Shown here: one piece after another, positions 1 through 9,136 of the stretch
Numbering within the stretch: the first letter of the stretch is position 1
Layout: every line of letters begins with the position of its first letter
Virus record (IMG/VR): IMGVR_UViG_3300011390_000031
Coordinates: 834-64,833 of that record
Strand: one strand, 5' to 3'
Source: a virus
DNA: 64,000 nucleotides
Notes under the pieces: generated by a model
Database searches by the model: none
What the model was told of the DNA's origin: nothing
What the model saw: the letters and a program-made list of their open reading frames with translations, nothing else
Program-made: the position numbers and the translations under genes

Positions 1-340
1 TCAGCTTGTCGAGCGCAAACTCGTACGTCGACATCGTGTTCGCGGATCTGCCCTCTTCTTCGAGGCGCGCGAGATACGTCTTGCACAGCGTGAAAATCAG
101 AGTGTTCGAGTCGATTTCATGCTCTGACGGCGTCCGCCGCGCTTCGATCGCAATCAGTAGTTCTTCCTCGGCAAGCTTGCCGTGCTGATCGCGCGCGCCG
201 GCGGGGGAGCGCCGCTCGACTATCCGCACGATGCCGTCATCGTCTCGATACCGGCACCGTGCGAGGTAGGCGTCACCACCGAGTGAGATTCGAGCGATCT
301 TTCCGTGCTGCCCGATCCTGAGCGGAGGTCTACCGGCCAT
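1..340 (-). CDS. int: Tyrosine integrase, N-terminal part (runs off window)
   Basis: Manual translation from ATG at 340: MAGRPPLRIGQHGKIARISLGGDAYLARCRYRDDDGIVRIVERR...RSANTMSTYEFALDKL, typical N-terminus of actinobacterial prophage tyrosine integrases; catalytic domain not in window. Confidence 0.85.
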   Translation of the reverse strand, partial: MAGRPPLRIGQHGKIARISLGGDAYLARCRYRDDDGIVRIVERRSPAGARDQHGKLAEEELLIAIEARRTPSEHEIDSNTLIFTLCKTYLARLEEEGRSANTMSTYEFALDKL

Positions 341-397
341 GGAACAGTTCCTCGATCTCGTTGCAATAGAAACAGTTGCTCGGATGGTTCGAGGAGT

Positions 398-1486
398 CTA
401 ATCCTCGGTCAGCTCTTCCCTCGGCTCAGTCGGGACCTCGGCTATCGAACTAGCCTTCGTTGTCGACGTTTGATCGGGCGTCGCAGTTTCGGCATCCTCC
501 ATCGATGTCTGTTTTCCGGAATCTTCCGCGCGTTTGATATCGAGCAAAAGGCGGCTGGTAGTAGTTCGATCCTTTTCGGGGCCATCCGTGGCTGTGATCG
601 TTTCGATTTGCACTTTCACTTGAATGCCCTCGTCGGCGGCCAATGCTGCCGCTTTCGCGAGCACCGCGGAATCGTGCACGCTCACAGCAAAAGAACGCTC
701 GCCAATATTTGGCGTGAAATAGAAGGTGCCGAGACTCCTTCTGAATCCATCGATAGTCCCCGTCGACCAGCGCACCACCGACTCGTAATCGTGCTGTTTC
801 AATTCTTGCTCAAGCACGCGCGCGCCATCCTTGGTGAATGCGATAGGTGATGCACCAAGTGTTCGCTGACGAATCAGTCCGTCTATTTCCCATTCGCCTT
901 TTCGGCTCGCGATTACCGATCGCCGTATCGCTTTTCGTGCGGCAGGAGGTAAGTCACGAACTTCAGCGAGAACAGAAGGTTGACCGTCGGGGTCGCTGGC
1001 GTTAGTGAACAGCCGCGCGATGGTCCGAAGTGCTTCGGAATCGACATTCGTTGCCTGCCTTTCCGTTCCGGGCATTGGATTGTCGTCCGTCTTCGGATTC
1101 GGCGCCGGGCCAGCTTGCGCGCGTAGGACTACCCGTACCGATCCCGGTGTCGCACCTTCGATAAGCAGATTCCGAGGATGAGATTTCAGCCCCAGTCGTT
1201 CGCGCGCTATTGCCTTCATCGCCGTGTTGATTCCAGAAACGAAATCGGCGAGATGGTCCGCGCGGGTACTGTGACCGACCACGCCAGGGCCTGTCAGGTG
1301 TAGATCCAGCTCCGCCTGCTCGGGAGAGGTCTCTTCCTGCCAGACCTCTTCAAGCTCTTCGCTGCCCGACACGAGACCGGCATAGATTTGCCCGAGTTCG
1401 AACTGTTCGGTTTCCGGATCCTGCGAGGCGTCTCGGATAGCTAGACGGAGCAGCTCCGAGTCGGGGACGTTGGTGAGGTCATTCAT
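398..1486 (-). CDS. Hypothetical 362-aa protein, coupled to upstream NTase-like gene
   Basis: Long ORF overlapping the stop of 1479..2015; no family recognised. Confidence 0.8.
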   Translation of the reverse strand: MNDLTNVPDSELLRLAIRDASQDPETEQFELGQIYAGLVSGSEELEEVWQEETSPEQAELDLHLTGPGVVGHSTRADHLADFVSGINTAMKAIARERLGLKSHPRNLLIEGATPGSVRVVLRAQAGPAPNPKTDDNPMPGTERQATNVDSEALRTIARLFTNASDPDGQPSVLAEVRDLPPAARKAIRRSVIASRKGEWEIDGLIRQRTLGASPIAFTKDGARVLEQELKQHDYESVVRWSTGTIDGFRRSLGTFYFTPNIGERSFAVSVHDSAVLAKAAALAADEGIQVKVQIETITATDGPEKDRTTTSRLLLDIKRAEDSGKQTSMEDAETATPDQTSTTKASSIAEVPTEPREELTED

Positions 1487-2015
1487 CGAACAACACCTCC
1501 ACGATTCCCTTTGCCTGCCCGGGGACGGTGGTCCCGTCCTTCGTCTTCACCAGCGACCAATCGCGCCTGATGAGCTCGATCGCATGCGGTCGATCGGACC
1601 TGAAAACGTAGGCGTCGGTCAGTCCACCCATAGTATGCATTTTAGGTGTGACAACGCGTATCCCTTTGGTTCCTCGGGTTGCCTCGACATCACTGAGGGT
1701 CCATAGCGGCAAGGCTACGTCCTTCTCTGCCTTGCTGTATGCCTCCGGTGGAACGATCACGGCCAGGTCCGCGTCGCGCGGAGTCCAGGCCTTGTGCGTG
1801 GTGAATCCGCCGTTGATCCACAGGCGCACTGGGTGTCCTCGAAACAGTCTGCGCAGCAACTTGATGTGCAGTTGCACAGCGTCGAAGATCAGCTCGCGAC
1901 GCTCCCGAGTTGCTTCCGGCGCCTCATCTACGAAACGTGTGCGCACCTCGTCGAGCGTGGATCGGTGGATTCCTTCCGGCAGGATGCCGAACTCTCCTTC
2001 GCATGGCGGCAGCAT
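1479..2015 (-). CDS. DUF6932-like Pol-beta nucleotidyltransferase-fold protein
   Basis: LPEGIHRSTLDEVRTRFV N-terminus and WINGGFTTHK...PRDADL (G-G/S...DxD) motif. Confidence 0.7.
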   Translation of the reverse strand: MLPPCEGEFGILPEGIHRSTLDEVRTRFVDEAPEATRERRELIFDAVQLHIKLLRRLFRGHPVRLWINGGFTTHKAWTPRDADLAVIVPPEAYSKAEKDVALPLWTLSDVEATRGTKGIRVVTPKMHTMGGLTDAYVFRSDRPHAIELIRRDWSLVKTKDGTTVPGQAKGIVEVLFDE

Positions 2016-2018
2016 CGA

Positions 2019-2585
2019 CTAGTAGTCCCAATCGTTCGACTGGTTAAGCGGCTTCCGCGTTCTGATGTATTCCACCCATACCGTGTCGACGGCTGCCGCC
2101 TCGCGAAGTTCTTCGTCCGTCATCTGCTCTGGGGTCTTTCCGTGCCAGGTTATGGAGGTTCCGCCAAGCCCAGCTTCTCCATGAGTCGTCGGATCGCTCG
2201 TCGAGTCCTGCGTGCTCTCGTCTTCATGGTCTATCTCCTGTCGTTGCGCTACCAGTACGCGAAGCAGTCCGATTACCGCTTCACGTTCTTTCGGCGACAG
2301 GTCGTCTACGCCAGGAGGGAGCTCCGCGGCGAACGGAGGTCCGGGCACTCGACGGCCAGCTGCCATGAACGCGGTCTCTTCATCAACGCCGGCAAGCCAT
2401 GCGATCGCACGGATGGTCTCATCCGAGGGAGTGGATTTGTAGGTTCCACTTTCGATTGCGTTCAGCGTTGTGCCGACGATCTTGTGGCCAGCAGTCTGTG
2501 CCTGCATGGCCAGTTGGCGGATCGATGTGTTCCGCTCACGGCGGGCTTTCCCGATCAAGCCTTGAAGACTGTCGACCTCGTTCAT
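2019..2585 (-). CDS. Immunity repressor (XRE-type HTH)
   Basis: Probable start ATG 2585; SIRQLAMQAQ...GTTLNAIESG...PSDETIRAIAWLAGV; divergent from Cro-like gene. Confidence 0.8.
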   Translation of the reverse strand: MNEVDSLQGLIGKARRERNTSIRQLAMQAQTAGHKIVGTTLNAIESGTYKSTPSDETIRAIAWLAGVDEETAFMAAGRRVPGPPFAAELPPGVDDLSPKEREAVIGLLRVLVAQRQEIDHEDESTQDSTSDPTTHGEAGLGGTSITWHGKTPEQMTDEELREAAAVDTVWVEYIRTRKPLNQSNDWDY

Positions 2586-2642
2586 GGTGATTACGTTCCC
2601 CTGCTGGTTGTCGCTTGTGCCAGATGGCGAAGCAAATTTCAT

Positions 2643-2736
2643 GACAAGTAACAGGGACATCATTGCAGGGTGGATATTGCTTTCCCCACTTGTCCTATTG
2701 ACAAGTGGATGACAAATGCTGTGTACTCTACTTGTC
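2643..2736. promoter_or_regulatory. Repressor/Cro operator region
   Basis: GACAAGT at 2643 and 2700, reverse complement at 2688 and 2730, one-mismatch copy at 2711; palindrome CACTTGTC-N5-GACAAGTG at 2687-2707; TTGACA hexamers on both strands. Confidence 0.7.
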
Positions 2737-2800
2737 AACGCGAACATTGGAGTGCATGATGAGACGAGTACGACCGCCTGTTCGACGAAAGGACGTTTGG

Positions 2801-3070
2801 ATGAGGGTCAAGGACCCCGGCCAGATCCGGAGGTGGAGGAAGCAATGCCACTACAGCCAGCGTGAACTTGCCTTCCTGTGCAGAAAGAGCCAGAACGCCA
2901 TCTCTCTAGTGGAGAAGGGCGAGTTGAAGAACATTACTGAGGACTTTGCCGTCGCGCTGGCTGGGCGTCTGGGCGTCCCCTGGGAGGACCTTTTCGAGGC
3001 TCATGAAGTTGAAGTTAGGCCCACAGTTTCAAATGCTGTGCACCGCATTGGTGACAAAATCTCGGCATAG
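2801..3070 (+). CDS. Cro-like HTH regulator
   Basis: IRRWRKQCHYSQRELAFLCRKSQNAISLVEKG XRE HTH; start could be 2756. Confidence 0.8.
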   Translation: MRVKDPGQIRRWRKQCHYSQRELAFLCRKSQNAISLVEKGELKNITEDFAVALAGRLGVPWEDLFEAHEVEVRPTVSNAVHRIGDKISA

Positions 3071-3103
3071 AAAAAGCCGCCACCTGCTCGAACAGATGAC
3101 GGC
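3071..3103 (-). terminator. Hairpin with A5 tract (minus-strand intrinsic terminator candidate)
   Basis: AAAAA-GCCG..CTG-CTCGAA-CAG..CGGC. Confidence 0.4.
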
Positions 3104-3136
3104 CTGAGAACCCCAACCACACAGAAGAGGAATCCA

Positions 3137-3952
3137 ATGACCGATCTTACTTTGTATGCCGGCAAATCCCCATTCGACGCAAATCGCGAAGTTCGTCCCG
3201 ATGGCTCGGAGTTCTGGGACGCACGCAAACTGCAGCCGCTCATGGGCTACTCGCGCTGGGAGGATTTCCAGACGGCGATTGAGCGGGCCAAATTGGCAGC
3301 GGAAAACAGCGGGCTCTCGGTCGAGGAAAACTTTCGGCGTGTGGCGAAAGTTTCCGGGAAGCGCGGGCCTGCCCAGGCGAACTATGAACTGTCTCGCTAC
3401 GCGGCGTACCTCACTGCGCTGAACGGCGATCCGTCGAAGCCAGAATCGGCAGCCGCTCAGTCGTACTTCGTGATCCGTACTCGCGAGGCCGAGGTTGCTC
3501 CGAAGCCGACCGAGCTCTCACGGCTGGACCTGATCGAGATTGCGCGCTCCGCGGAAGTGGAACGCCTGGCACTCGAGACGAAAGTCAGCGAGCTCACACC
3601 GAAAGCGGAGTACGTCGACACCTTCGTCACCGACGCGGATCTCCTCAGCTTCCGCACTGTCGCCTCCACTCTCGAGATTCCCGAGTCGGATCTGCGCAAG
3701 ATCCTGATGGAGCACGGATGGATCTATGTCGAGACCGCGACGCGTTGGTCGGAGTCGAAGCAGAAGAAGGAGTCGATCAACCGGTACTCGGAGTACTCAC
3801 ACAAGAAGCCGTACTTCCGTCGCATCGAAGAGCATAAGGCTCCGCGGTTTCGTGGCGAGATCATGCACACGCTGAAGATCACGCCGGCTGGCGCGAACGC
3901 GATCGACCGGGCAGTGGCGCGCTGGGTTTCAGGCGAAGAGGATGCAGCATGA
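3137..3952 (+). CDS. Phage antirepressor (BRO/DinD-like N-terminus, KilAC/ANT C-terminus)
   Basis: FWDARKLQPLMGYSRWEDFQTAIERAK; LTPKAEYVDTFV...SFRTVASTL. Confidence 0.85.
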   Translation: MTDLTLYAGKSPFDANREVRPDGSEFWDARKLQPLMGYSRWEDFQTAIERAKLAAENSGLSVEENFRRVAKVSGKRGPAQANYELSRYAAYLTALNGDPSKPESAAAQSYFVIRTREAEVAPKPTELSRLDLIEIARSAEVERLALETKVSELTPKAEYVDTFVTDADLLSFRTVASTLEIPESDLRKILMEHGWIYVETATRWSESKQKKESINRYSEYSHKKPYFRRIEEHKAPRFRGEIMHTLKITPAGANAIDRAVARWVSGEEDAA

Positions 3953-4182
3953 GTGACTCGATTGAAACCGAATCCACCCCGGTGGACGTCGCAACGGACT
4001 ACTGGCTCACCCGCCAAGAAGTGGCCGACCGGATCAAGATCCCCGTGAAGACCCTCGCGCAATGGTCGACCCTGAAGAAGGGCCCGCGCTTCGCGAAATT
4101 GGGCAAGTACGCCCGCTACAAGCTCAGTGACGTAATCGCGTGGGAAGAGGCGCAGTTCGGCGATTTCAGGGTGGCGTCATGA
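3949..4182 (+). CDS. Excisionase-like HTH (MerR/HTH_17)
   Basis: WLTRQEVADRIKIPVKTLAQW...GPRFAKLGKYARYKLSDVIAW. Confidence 0.8.
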   Translation: MSDSIETESTPVDVATDYWLTRQEVADRIKIPVKTLAQWSTLKKGPRFAKLGKYARYKLSDVIAWEEAQFGDFRVAS

Positions 4183-4343
4183 CATCGGATCAGTTCACTG
4201 CGGATGTAGACGACCTGGAAGCGCGACTTCGGAACGCTCTCGACCGGCATCCTGCCGGCAAGGGATTACCGGCGGCCAAAACAAAACCCGCCGCTGCTGG
4301 CGGGGCGGGCGTGTTCACACACTTTCGGAGGGCGAACCGATGA
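4179..4343 (+). CDS. Small hypothetical protein
   Basis: ATGA coupling at both ends. Confidence 0.5.
   Translation: MTSDQFTADVDDLEARLRNALDRHPAGKGLPAAKTKPAAAGGAGVFTHFRRANR
4283..4309 (-). terminator. Hairpin with A4 tract, downstream of antisense gene 4400..4606
   Basis: AAAA-CCCGCC...GGCGGG. Confidence 0.4.
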
Positions 4344-4399
4344 CCGGCAGATCTGTGAACGCTGACGTGGCCCGCGCTTTCGCGACGGTCCTCGATCAC

Positions 4400-4606
4400 C
4401 TACAGGGAGTACATCGTGCTGCTGACTCTCCCCGAAGTGCTGGTGAGGACCAGCGGAATGGCGACGTCGATCCAGAGTTCGACATCACCGTTCTGAATGG
4501 AAAGCCACCCACCTTCAGTGCCGTCAAGGATGGCGCGGAGTTCAGCTTCTTCCTTGGCTGTGATTTCGTACGTGTTGCTTCCGGCGTACCTCAAACTACG
4601 AGCCAC
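4400..4606 (-). CDS. Antisense small hypothetical protein
   Basis: 68 aa, RBS-like GAAGGAGAAG upstream on minus strand, protein-like composition. Confidence 0.6.
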   Translation of the reverse strand: MARSLRYAGSNTYEITAKEEAELRAILDGTEGGWLSIQNGDVELWIDVAIPLVLTSTSGRVSSTMYSL

Positions 4607-4705
4607 AATTCTTCTCCTTCAGTTGATGGTGGTAGCAGCCCAACTGTAGGAGATGACCAGGTCGCGGGGGTGGAGTACATAGCTCACGCGACCGGTGGTC
4701 ACGAC

Positions 4706-4999
4706 ATGGCCAACTTCGCGGAGGTCTTCAATGACGCCATCCGTAAGGCTGGCGAAGCTGCCATCCGCACGGCTAGCGACGCCATTGCCGCCGATACGAC
4801 CGTCGTCACACTCGAATCCCTCGCCGAAGCTGTTCGCGAGGCATTGGTCGACGAAACTGCGACGTATCGAATCCGCGATGCAGCGAAGTTGGGTCTCGAC
4901 GAGGCGGAAGTGAACCTTGCGTACGCCAAACGTGCGGTCCTGCATGCAGAGCATGCACTGCGTGAGTACATCTCCAGTGGAACGAAGGTGGCGTCATGA
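4706..4999 (+). CDS. Hypothetical helical protein
   Basis: 3' part of ORF 4340..4999; MANFAEVFNDAIRK start; coupled to next gene. Confidence 0.6.
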   Translation: MANFAEVFNDAIRKAGEAAIRTASDAIAADTTVVTLESLAEAVREALVDETATYRIRDAAKLGLDEAEVNLAYAKRAVLHAEHALREYISSGTKVAS

Positions 5000-5232
5000 C
5001 GTCATCCGAGTTGTCCAGCATCCCTGCGGATCTCATCCGGTTTCCGGTATCCGGCTTCACGAAGATCGAGCATCCCGCAATCTCCGTCCGCTACGACCAG
5101 CCGTTGAACATGATCGCGCTCAGCGTCGACGGCACCGACGACATCTACTTCGACCGCGACTCCACGTTCTCGTTGATGGACGAGATGGAGAAGGCGTTGG
5201 AAGTTCAGGCAAAGCTCGGCGGTGTCGCATGA
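4996..5232 (+). CDS. Hypothetical protein
   Basis: ATGA coupled. Confidence 0.65.
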   Translation: MTSSELSSIPADLIRFPVSGFTKIEHPAISVRYDQPLNMIALSVDGTDDIYFDRDSTFSLMDEMEKALEVQAKLGGVA

Positions 5233-5339
5233 CGCGCCGGAACCTCCGCGGTCTCCTGAGCGCCTTGATCGTTGGACTTGCGTTCTGGGGTGCTGTCGTG
5301 TGGACAGTTGTTCTCATTTCAGACGGGACGTTGTCGTGA
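5229..5339 (+). CDS. Small membrane peptide
   Basis: One hydrophobic segment; ATGA/GTGA coupled. Confidence 0.5.
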   Translation: MTRRNLRGLLSALIVGLAFWGAVVWTVVLISDGTLS

Positions 5340-5482
5340 GCAACGGCGTCGAATGTCTTTGCTGGCCAGTCGAAAATCCCTGGACCTACTACGGGATTGT
5401 CGAGCCCGGTGGAGCTATGGAACCCAATCCTGATTGCCCCGAGCACTTCCCCGCCTCCTCTACCGAAGGACATGAATCGTGA
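5336..5482 (+). CDS. Small Cys-containing protein
   Basis: CLC...PNPDCPEH; GTGA coupled. Confidence 0.5.
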   Translation: MSNGVECLCWPVENPWTYYGIVEPGGAMEPNPDCPEHFPASSTEGHES

Positions 5483-5865
5483 ACCACAACAAGATCGCCA
5501 TCGCTTCAGCCGCAGTCTTGATCGCAGCAGGGCTGGCCAGTTGTTCGTCCGACGCCGACGTGGCATCCGAGAACATCTCGAAGGCTTCCGAGCAGTTCGA
5601 GGTGAGTCGCCGCATCGTTGCCATCAACGGCATCACCGACAAGTACCTGTTCACGGTCGAGGGCAAGTGCTCGATGGAATACCCGGACAACCGAACCGAG
5701 ATCATCTGCAAACTGAACGACGGCAGCTTGGTCAAGCATGTGGTCCGGCAGAGCGACAACGTCACGCTGATCATGGAGCAGACCGACGGCACGAACGTCA
5801 GCACCGACCACTATCGCGTGATCTTCAAGCCGGAGGTCATCATTCCGAACGTGTACCGACCATGA
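5479..5865 (+). CDS. Conserved phage lipoprotein
   Basis: Signal peptide with lipobox LAS-C; DADVASENISKASEQFEVSRRIVAINGITDKYL, widespread phage family. Confidence 0.8.
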   Translation: MNHNKIAIASAAVLIAAGLASCSSDADVASENISKASEQFEVSRRIVAINGITDKYLFTVEGKCSMEYPDNRTEIICKLNDGSLVKHVVRQSDNVTLIMEQTDGTNVSTDHYRVIFKPEVIIPNVYRP

Positions 5866-6311
5866 TTCGGAATTGGTTTCGACCAAGGGTTGATCCCTTG
5901 GAGCAGGCTGTTGCCCTGACCAAGGAATCTGTGCGCGAAGCAATGAGGCCGACAGAGGACGAGCTCGAGCAAGTTCGGCTCGCGGCCGAAGCTCGGCAAG
6001 CGGTACGGCAGAGGTGCATCGACTCGGAGTCGGATTGGTATGCGACGCTCCCGGAGGCTCACTCCGATCATCGGTGCGTCAAATGCGGTTCGACTCGAGT
6101 GGTTCGCAGATTCGAGCGAATGGGGCAGCGACATTCTGTCGAGTGTCAATTAGGCAGGATGCGCGAGTCACTCCGGGCGGCCGGCTACTTCTCCATGTGG
6201 AATCCCGGGCACCGTCTCCCACATCGTGAAGTCCTGCAAATCTCCTGCGCTCACTGTGGCCATGCCATCGGTTCGGAGCGCACCCTTGACACGAAGGTGG
6301 ATGAATCATGA
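5862..6311 (+). CDS. Hypothetical Zn-finger protein
   Basis: CVKC and CAHC pairs; start ATG 5862. Confidence 0.6.
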   Translation: MIRNWFRPRVDPLEQAVALTKESVREAMRPTEDELEQVRLAAEARQAVRQRCIDSESDWYATLPEAHSDHRCVKCGSTRVVRRFERMGQRHSVECQLGRMRESLRAAGYFSMWNPGHRLPHREVLQISCAHCGHAIGSERTLDTKVDES

Positions 6312-6763
6312 CGCCGAAACCGACGAAGCCGATGGGCAGTTGGACCTTGGAAGAGTTTGTCGCCGCTCAGGTCTCGGCAGCTAAGGCGGTCAGAAAGATC
6401 GACACGATCAACATTTCGGAGCCATTAGTCGGGCCTGGTTCCGGTTCGAAGACCGCGGTGGTCGCGAAGCAGCGCGAGAAGATGGATGCCTCCCTGGCGG
6501 CCCAGGCCCGGAGCGAGGAGTACCTCCGGAGTCTCGCGCGTCACGCCTTCGAGTTCGAGTATCAAGGTCGGGTACCTCAGCAAAAGTTCGATCAGGCAGA
6601 CCCTGGTACGCAACGGTTTTGGACGGCGATGACTACTGCCTTGGTGAACAAAATCGCCATGGATGGTCGCTACGAGGACTTAGCGAAGGGACCCGGCGTC
6701 GTCGACAAATCCGAAACCAAGCCCACCGCCGTAGAGAAGCGTGTTTCCAGGGGTGAGGCATGA
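6308..6763 (+). CDS. Hypothetical protein
   Basis: ATGA coupled. Confidence 0.65.
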   Translation: MTPKPTKPMGSWTLEEFVAAQVSAAKAVRKIDTINISEPLVGPGSGSKTAVVAKQREKMDASLAAQARSEEYLRSLARHAFEFEYQGRVPQQKFDQADPGTQRFWTAMTTALVNKIAMDGRYEDLAKGPGVVDKSETKPTAVEKRVSRGEA

Positions 6764-6996
6764 ACGCTATCTTGACTAGATCGGAATTATCGTGCCATGA
6801 AATGGAATCCGGCCGAGCTGACGCGAGAGCAGCGGCGATCTTGTCTCGTCCTGTTGGGTGGAATGTCCGGGGAGCTTGCAGCATTTCAGCGGAGCGAGCT
6901 GGGGTCAGGTCCAGAAGTGTTGGCGCTCGACTTCGCGTACACAAAGGTAGCGGCGATGATCGACGACCGAATGTCGTCGATCCTTCAGGCCTACGA

Positions 6997-7680
6997 CTAG
7001 CTTTCGAGCGCCAAGCTGACACCTTGCTCGATCGCGGTCGTTGCTCCGGACATCAACAGAGGCATGCCGGCGCGAGTCCAGAATCGGGAGAACCTATCTC
7101 GCCAGGTCGAATCGGTAGCACCCGAGGCCTCCGCACGAGCCAGTTCGGCAAACAACCGATCAACCGCCTGCCGGAGTGCGAAGTCTCCGAGGACCTCGTA
7201 CTCATCAATGCAGCGCCTGCAGTGTTCCGCGACTGCGAACAGGTGTGCCTTCAGTTCGCTCGGTATCTGCGTGTCCTCGCGAAGTGCCTCAAGGATCTCG
7301 GTGACCAGATCCGAAATCGAGGAACGTTCTTCGGTCGACGCGACGGGTACGAATCCGCCAAGAACGTCGATCAGTGCTTCGAGCGTGTCCAGGTCTCCTG
7401 CATCGAATGCCGGAGCGCGGCTCTCCCATCCGCTCGGATACGAGAGGACCATGCGGGCCCAGTTCTCGTACCTACGTCGGTAGAGAGCGGTATTTCGTCC
7501 AGCCGCATCCATCGCAGAAAGCAGTTCATCAATCTCTGCGAGGTAGCCGACCGCTTGCATGACTCGTTGGATGCCTCCACCGCTCTGCATCTGCCGAATG
7601 GTCGAGGGGGGATGCGTAGCTCTGCCCACGGGATCCCAATTCTTCAGAGTCTGGTGCAGCAGTTGCGCTGGGTTCGCCAT
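6997..7680 (-). CDS. Antisense hypothetical all-helical protein (accessory)
   Basis: 227 aa, GAGG RBS upstream on minus strand, amphipathic helical sequence. Confidence 0.75.
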   Translation of the reverse strand: MANPAQLLHQTLKNWDPVGRATHPPSTIRQMQSGGGIQRVMQAVGYLAEIDELLSAMDAAGRNTALYRRRYENWARMVLSYPSGWESRAPAFDAGDLDTLEALIDVLGGFVPVASTEERSSISDLVTEILEALREDTQIPSELKAHLFAVAEHCRRCIDEYEVLGDFALRQAVDRLFAELARAEASGATDSTWRDRFSRFWTRAGMPLLMSGATTAIEQGVSLALES

Positions 7681-7875
7681 GGTGCGGAGTTTACCTCAGC
7701 GGATATGAGAAGGACCTCCAGGAAGCGGTACGCCCGCATGCGCGCATCCGAGTCGAACTCGGCCCCCAAATCTCCGGTGGCGTCACCCAAGTAAGGCCGT
7801 CGCCCGGTCCCGATGGCCGGCAATCCCGACGCCACCGGCTCAACTTTCCATTCCTCCTGTGAAGGACATTTTGTG

Positions 7876-8238
7876 ATGACTCATACCCAAATGGCCCCCG
7901 AGTACGTGGCCGCAAGCAAGAAGCAGTGCCCTCTGAGCGTGCCGTTGGCTGTACTCGGTGAGGTTGATACGCCCGAGTTCGACGCTCTGACTGTGGCGTT
8001 GGAGTTTGGGCAGGACTGGCCGGACGACTCCGACGTCGACGGTCGTGACGACATCACGATCGACCGCGGCGAGATCCATTTCTCGGACGAATCCTCGTCC
8101 GAGGATGAACCACATGTGGAGCCAGCGCCCCCGCTCGTAACAGGCCCCGGCGCAATCATTGCCGGCACCTGCTCCGTCATCATCCTGATTGTCGTCGGCA
8201 TTCTCTTCGTCGCTTCACACTTCGGCGGTGTGGCATGA
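7876..8238 (+). CDS. Acidic protein with C-terminal TM helix
   Basis: GAAGGA RBS; AIIAGTCSVIILIVVGILFVA. Confidence 0.65.
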   Translation: MTHTQMAPEYVAASKKQCPLSVPLAVLGEVDTPEFDALTVALEFGQDWPDDSDVDGRDDITIDRGEIHFSDESSSEDEPHVEPAPPLVTGPGAIIAGTCSVIILIVVGILFVASHFGGVA

Positions 8239-8831
8239 GTGTCGAAAACACCCGGAACCGTGACAATCTCCTTCACCTCGCCGGAATCATGGCCGAAGGC
8301 CAGAGCGGCTACATCGAGGGCATGGAGTCTGCTGGACAGGCTCAGCTCGTCAACTCCGATGTTCTACCGGCGGAAGCTTCGGCTGACTACGACTCCGATA
8401 CGGGCGACCAGTGGCCGAAGCTGGAGGCCCTCGGGATTGTCCGCGGCGAACCCGTCTCCGGCGACCCGCTATTCATCCACGCAACTCTGCCGGAGGGTTG
8501 GAAGAAAGAGGGGAGCGACCACGCAATGGGCTCGTACCTCGTCGATACCCGCGGAGTGCGAAGAGTGTCGATCTTCTACAAGGCCGCGTTCTATGACCGG
8601 TCGGCGCACATCAGCATCATCCGGCCCGGGTCCGCATTCGCCACGGAGGGCATCTACGGCGACTCCCCAGCAAAATTGCCGCAGCAGTGGGGCGTACTGA
8701 CGGACGAGGAGAAGGCGGACTTCGTCGCCAGTCTTGAGCAGTACATCGAAGATGCCGAGAAGTACGCGCATCGTGTCGATCGACTGCCCCGAGTCTGGAC
8801 CCTCTTCCATGCAGCGAAGGCGGCGGCATGA
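8235..8831 (+). CDS. Conserved phage hypothetical protein
   Basis: LPEGWKKEGSDHAMGSYLVDTRGVRRVSIFYKAAFYDR. Confidence 0.75.
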   Translation: MSVENTRNRDNLLHLAGIMAEGQSGYIEGMESAGQAQLVNSDVLPAEASADYDSDTGDQWPKLEALGIVRGEPVSGDPLFIHATLPEGWKKEGSDHAMGSYLVDTRGVRRVSIFYKAAFYDRSAHISIIRPGSAFATEGIYGDSPAKLPQQWGVLTDEEKADFVASLEQYIEDAEKYAHRVDRLPRVWTLFHAAKAAA

Positions 8832-9136
8832 GTGAGATGACTCTCGACGAGTACAAGGCGCGAATCGATGCGAAGTACGCAGGCGCCCCGGATAACTCGA
8901 CGCCCGAAGAATCGACGCGGAAGGATCACTGGCTCCTTGTCGGCCCACATGGCGAGGTCGAAGGAGTAATGACCCGTCGGTTCGCCAAGTCCGCGGCCGA
9001 AGCCTTCGACACATTCTTCGAGCGGAAGAGGGAACGCTACGCCGCATCGGCCGAGGGCTGGCACATCGAAGTGGACGACATGAACGGATCCCGTTGGGCT
9101 GCAAGCTGCGATGCACACACGGCGGTGCAGTCATGA
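8828..9136 (+). CDS. Hypothetical protein
   Basis: ATGA coupled. Confidence 0.6.
   Translation: MSEMTLDEYKARIDAKYAGAPDNSTPEESTRKDHWLLVGPHGEVEGVMTRRFAKSAAEAFDTFFERKRERYAASAEGWHIEVDDMNGSRWAASCDAHTAVQS

Noticed and set aside
305-850. Plus-strand ORFs over 305-850 and 1794-2651
   Set aside because: Shadows of the minus-strand immunity operon
5479-5865. Recombination directionality factor label sometimes given to this family
   Set aside because: Clear lipoprotein signal, and a separate excisionase-like gene exists at 3949
6760-7794. 344-aa plus-strand ORF
   Set aside because: Codon-aligned antisense shadow of 6997..7680; composition not protein-like. The 67-aa ORF 6797..7000 is also uncertain
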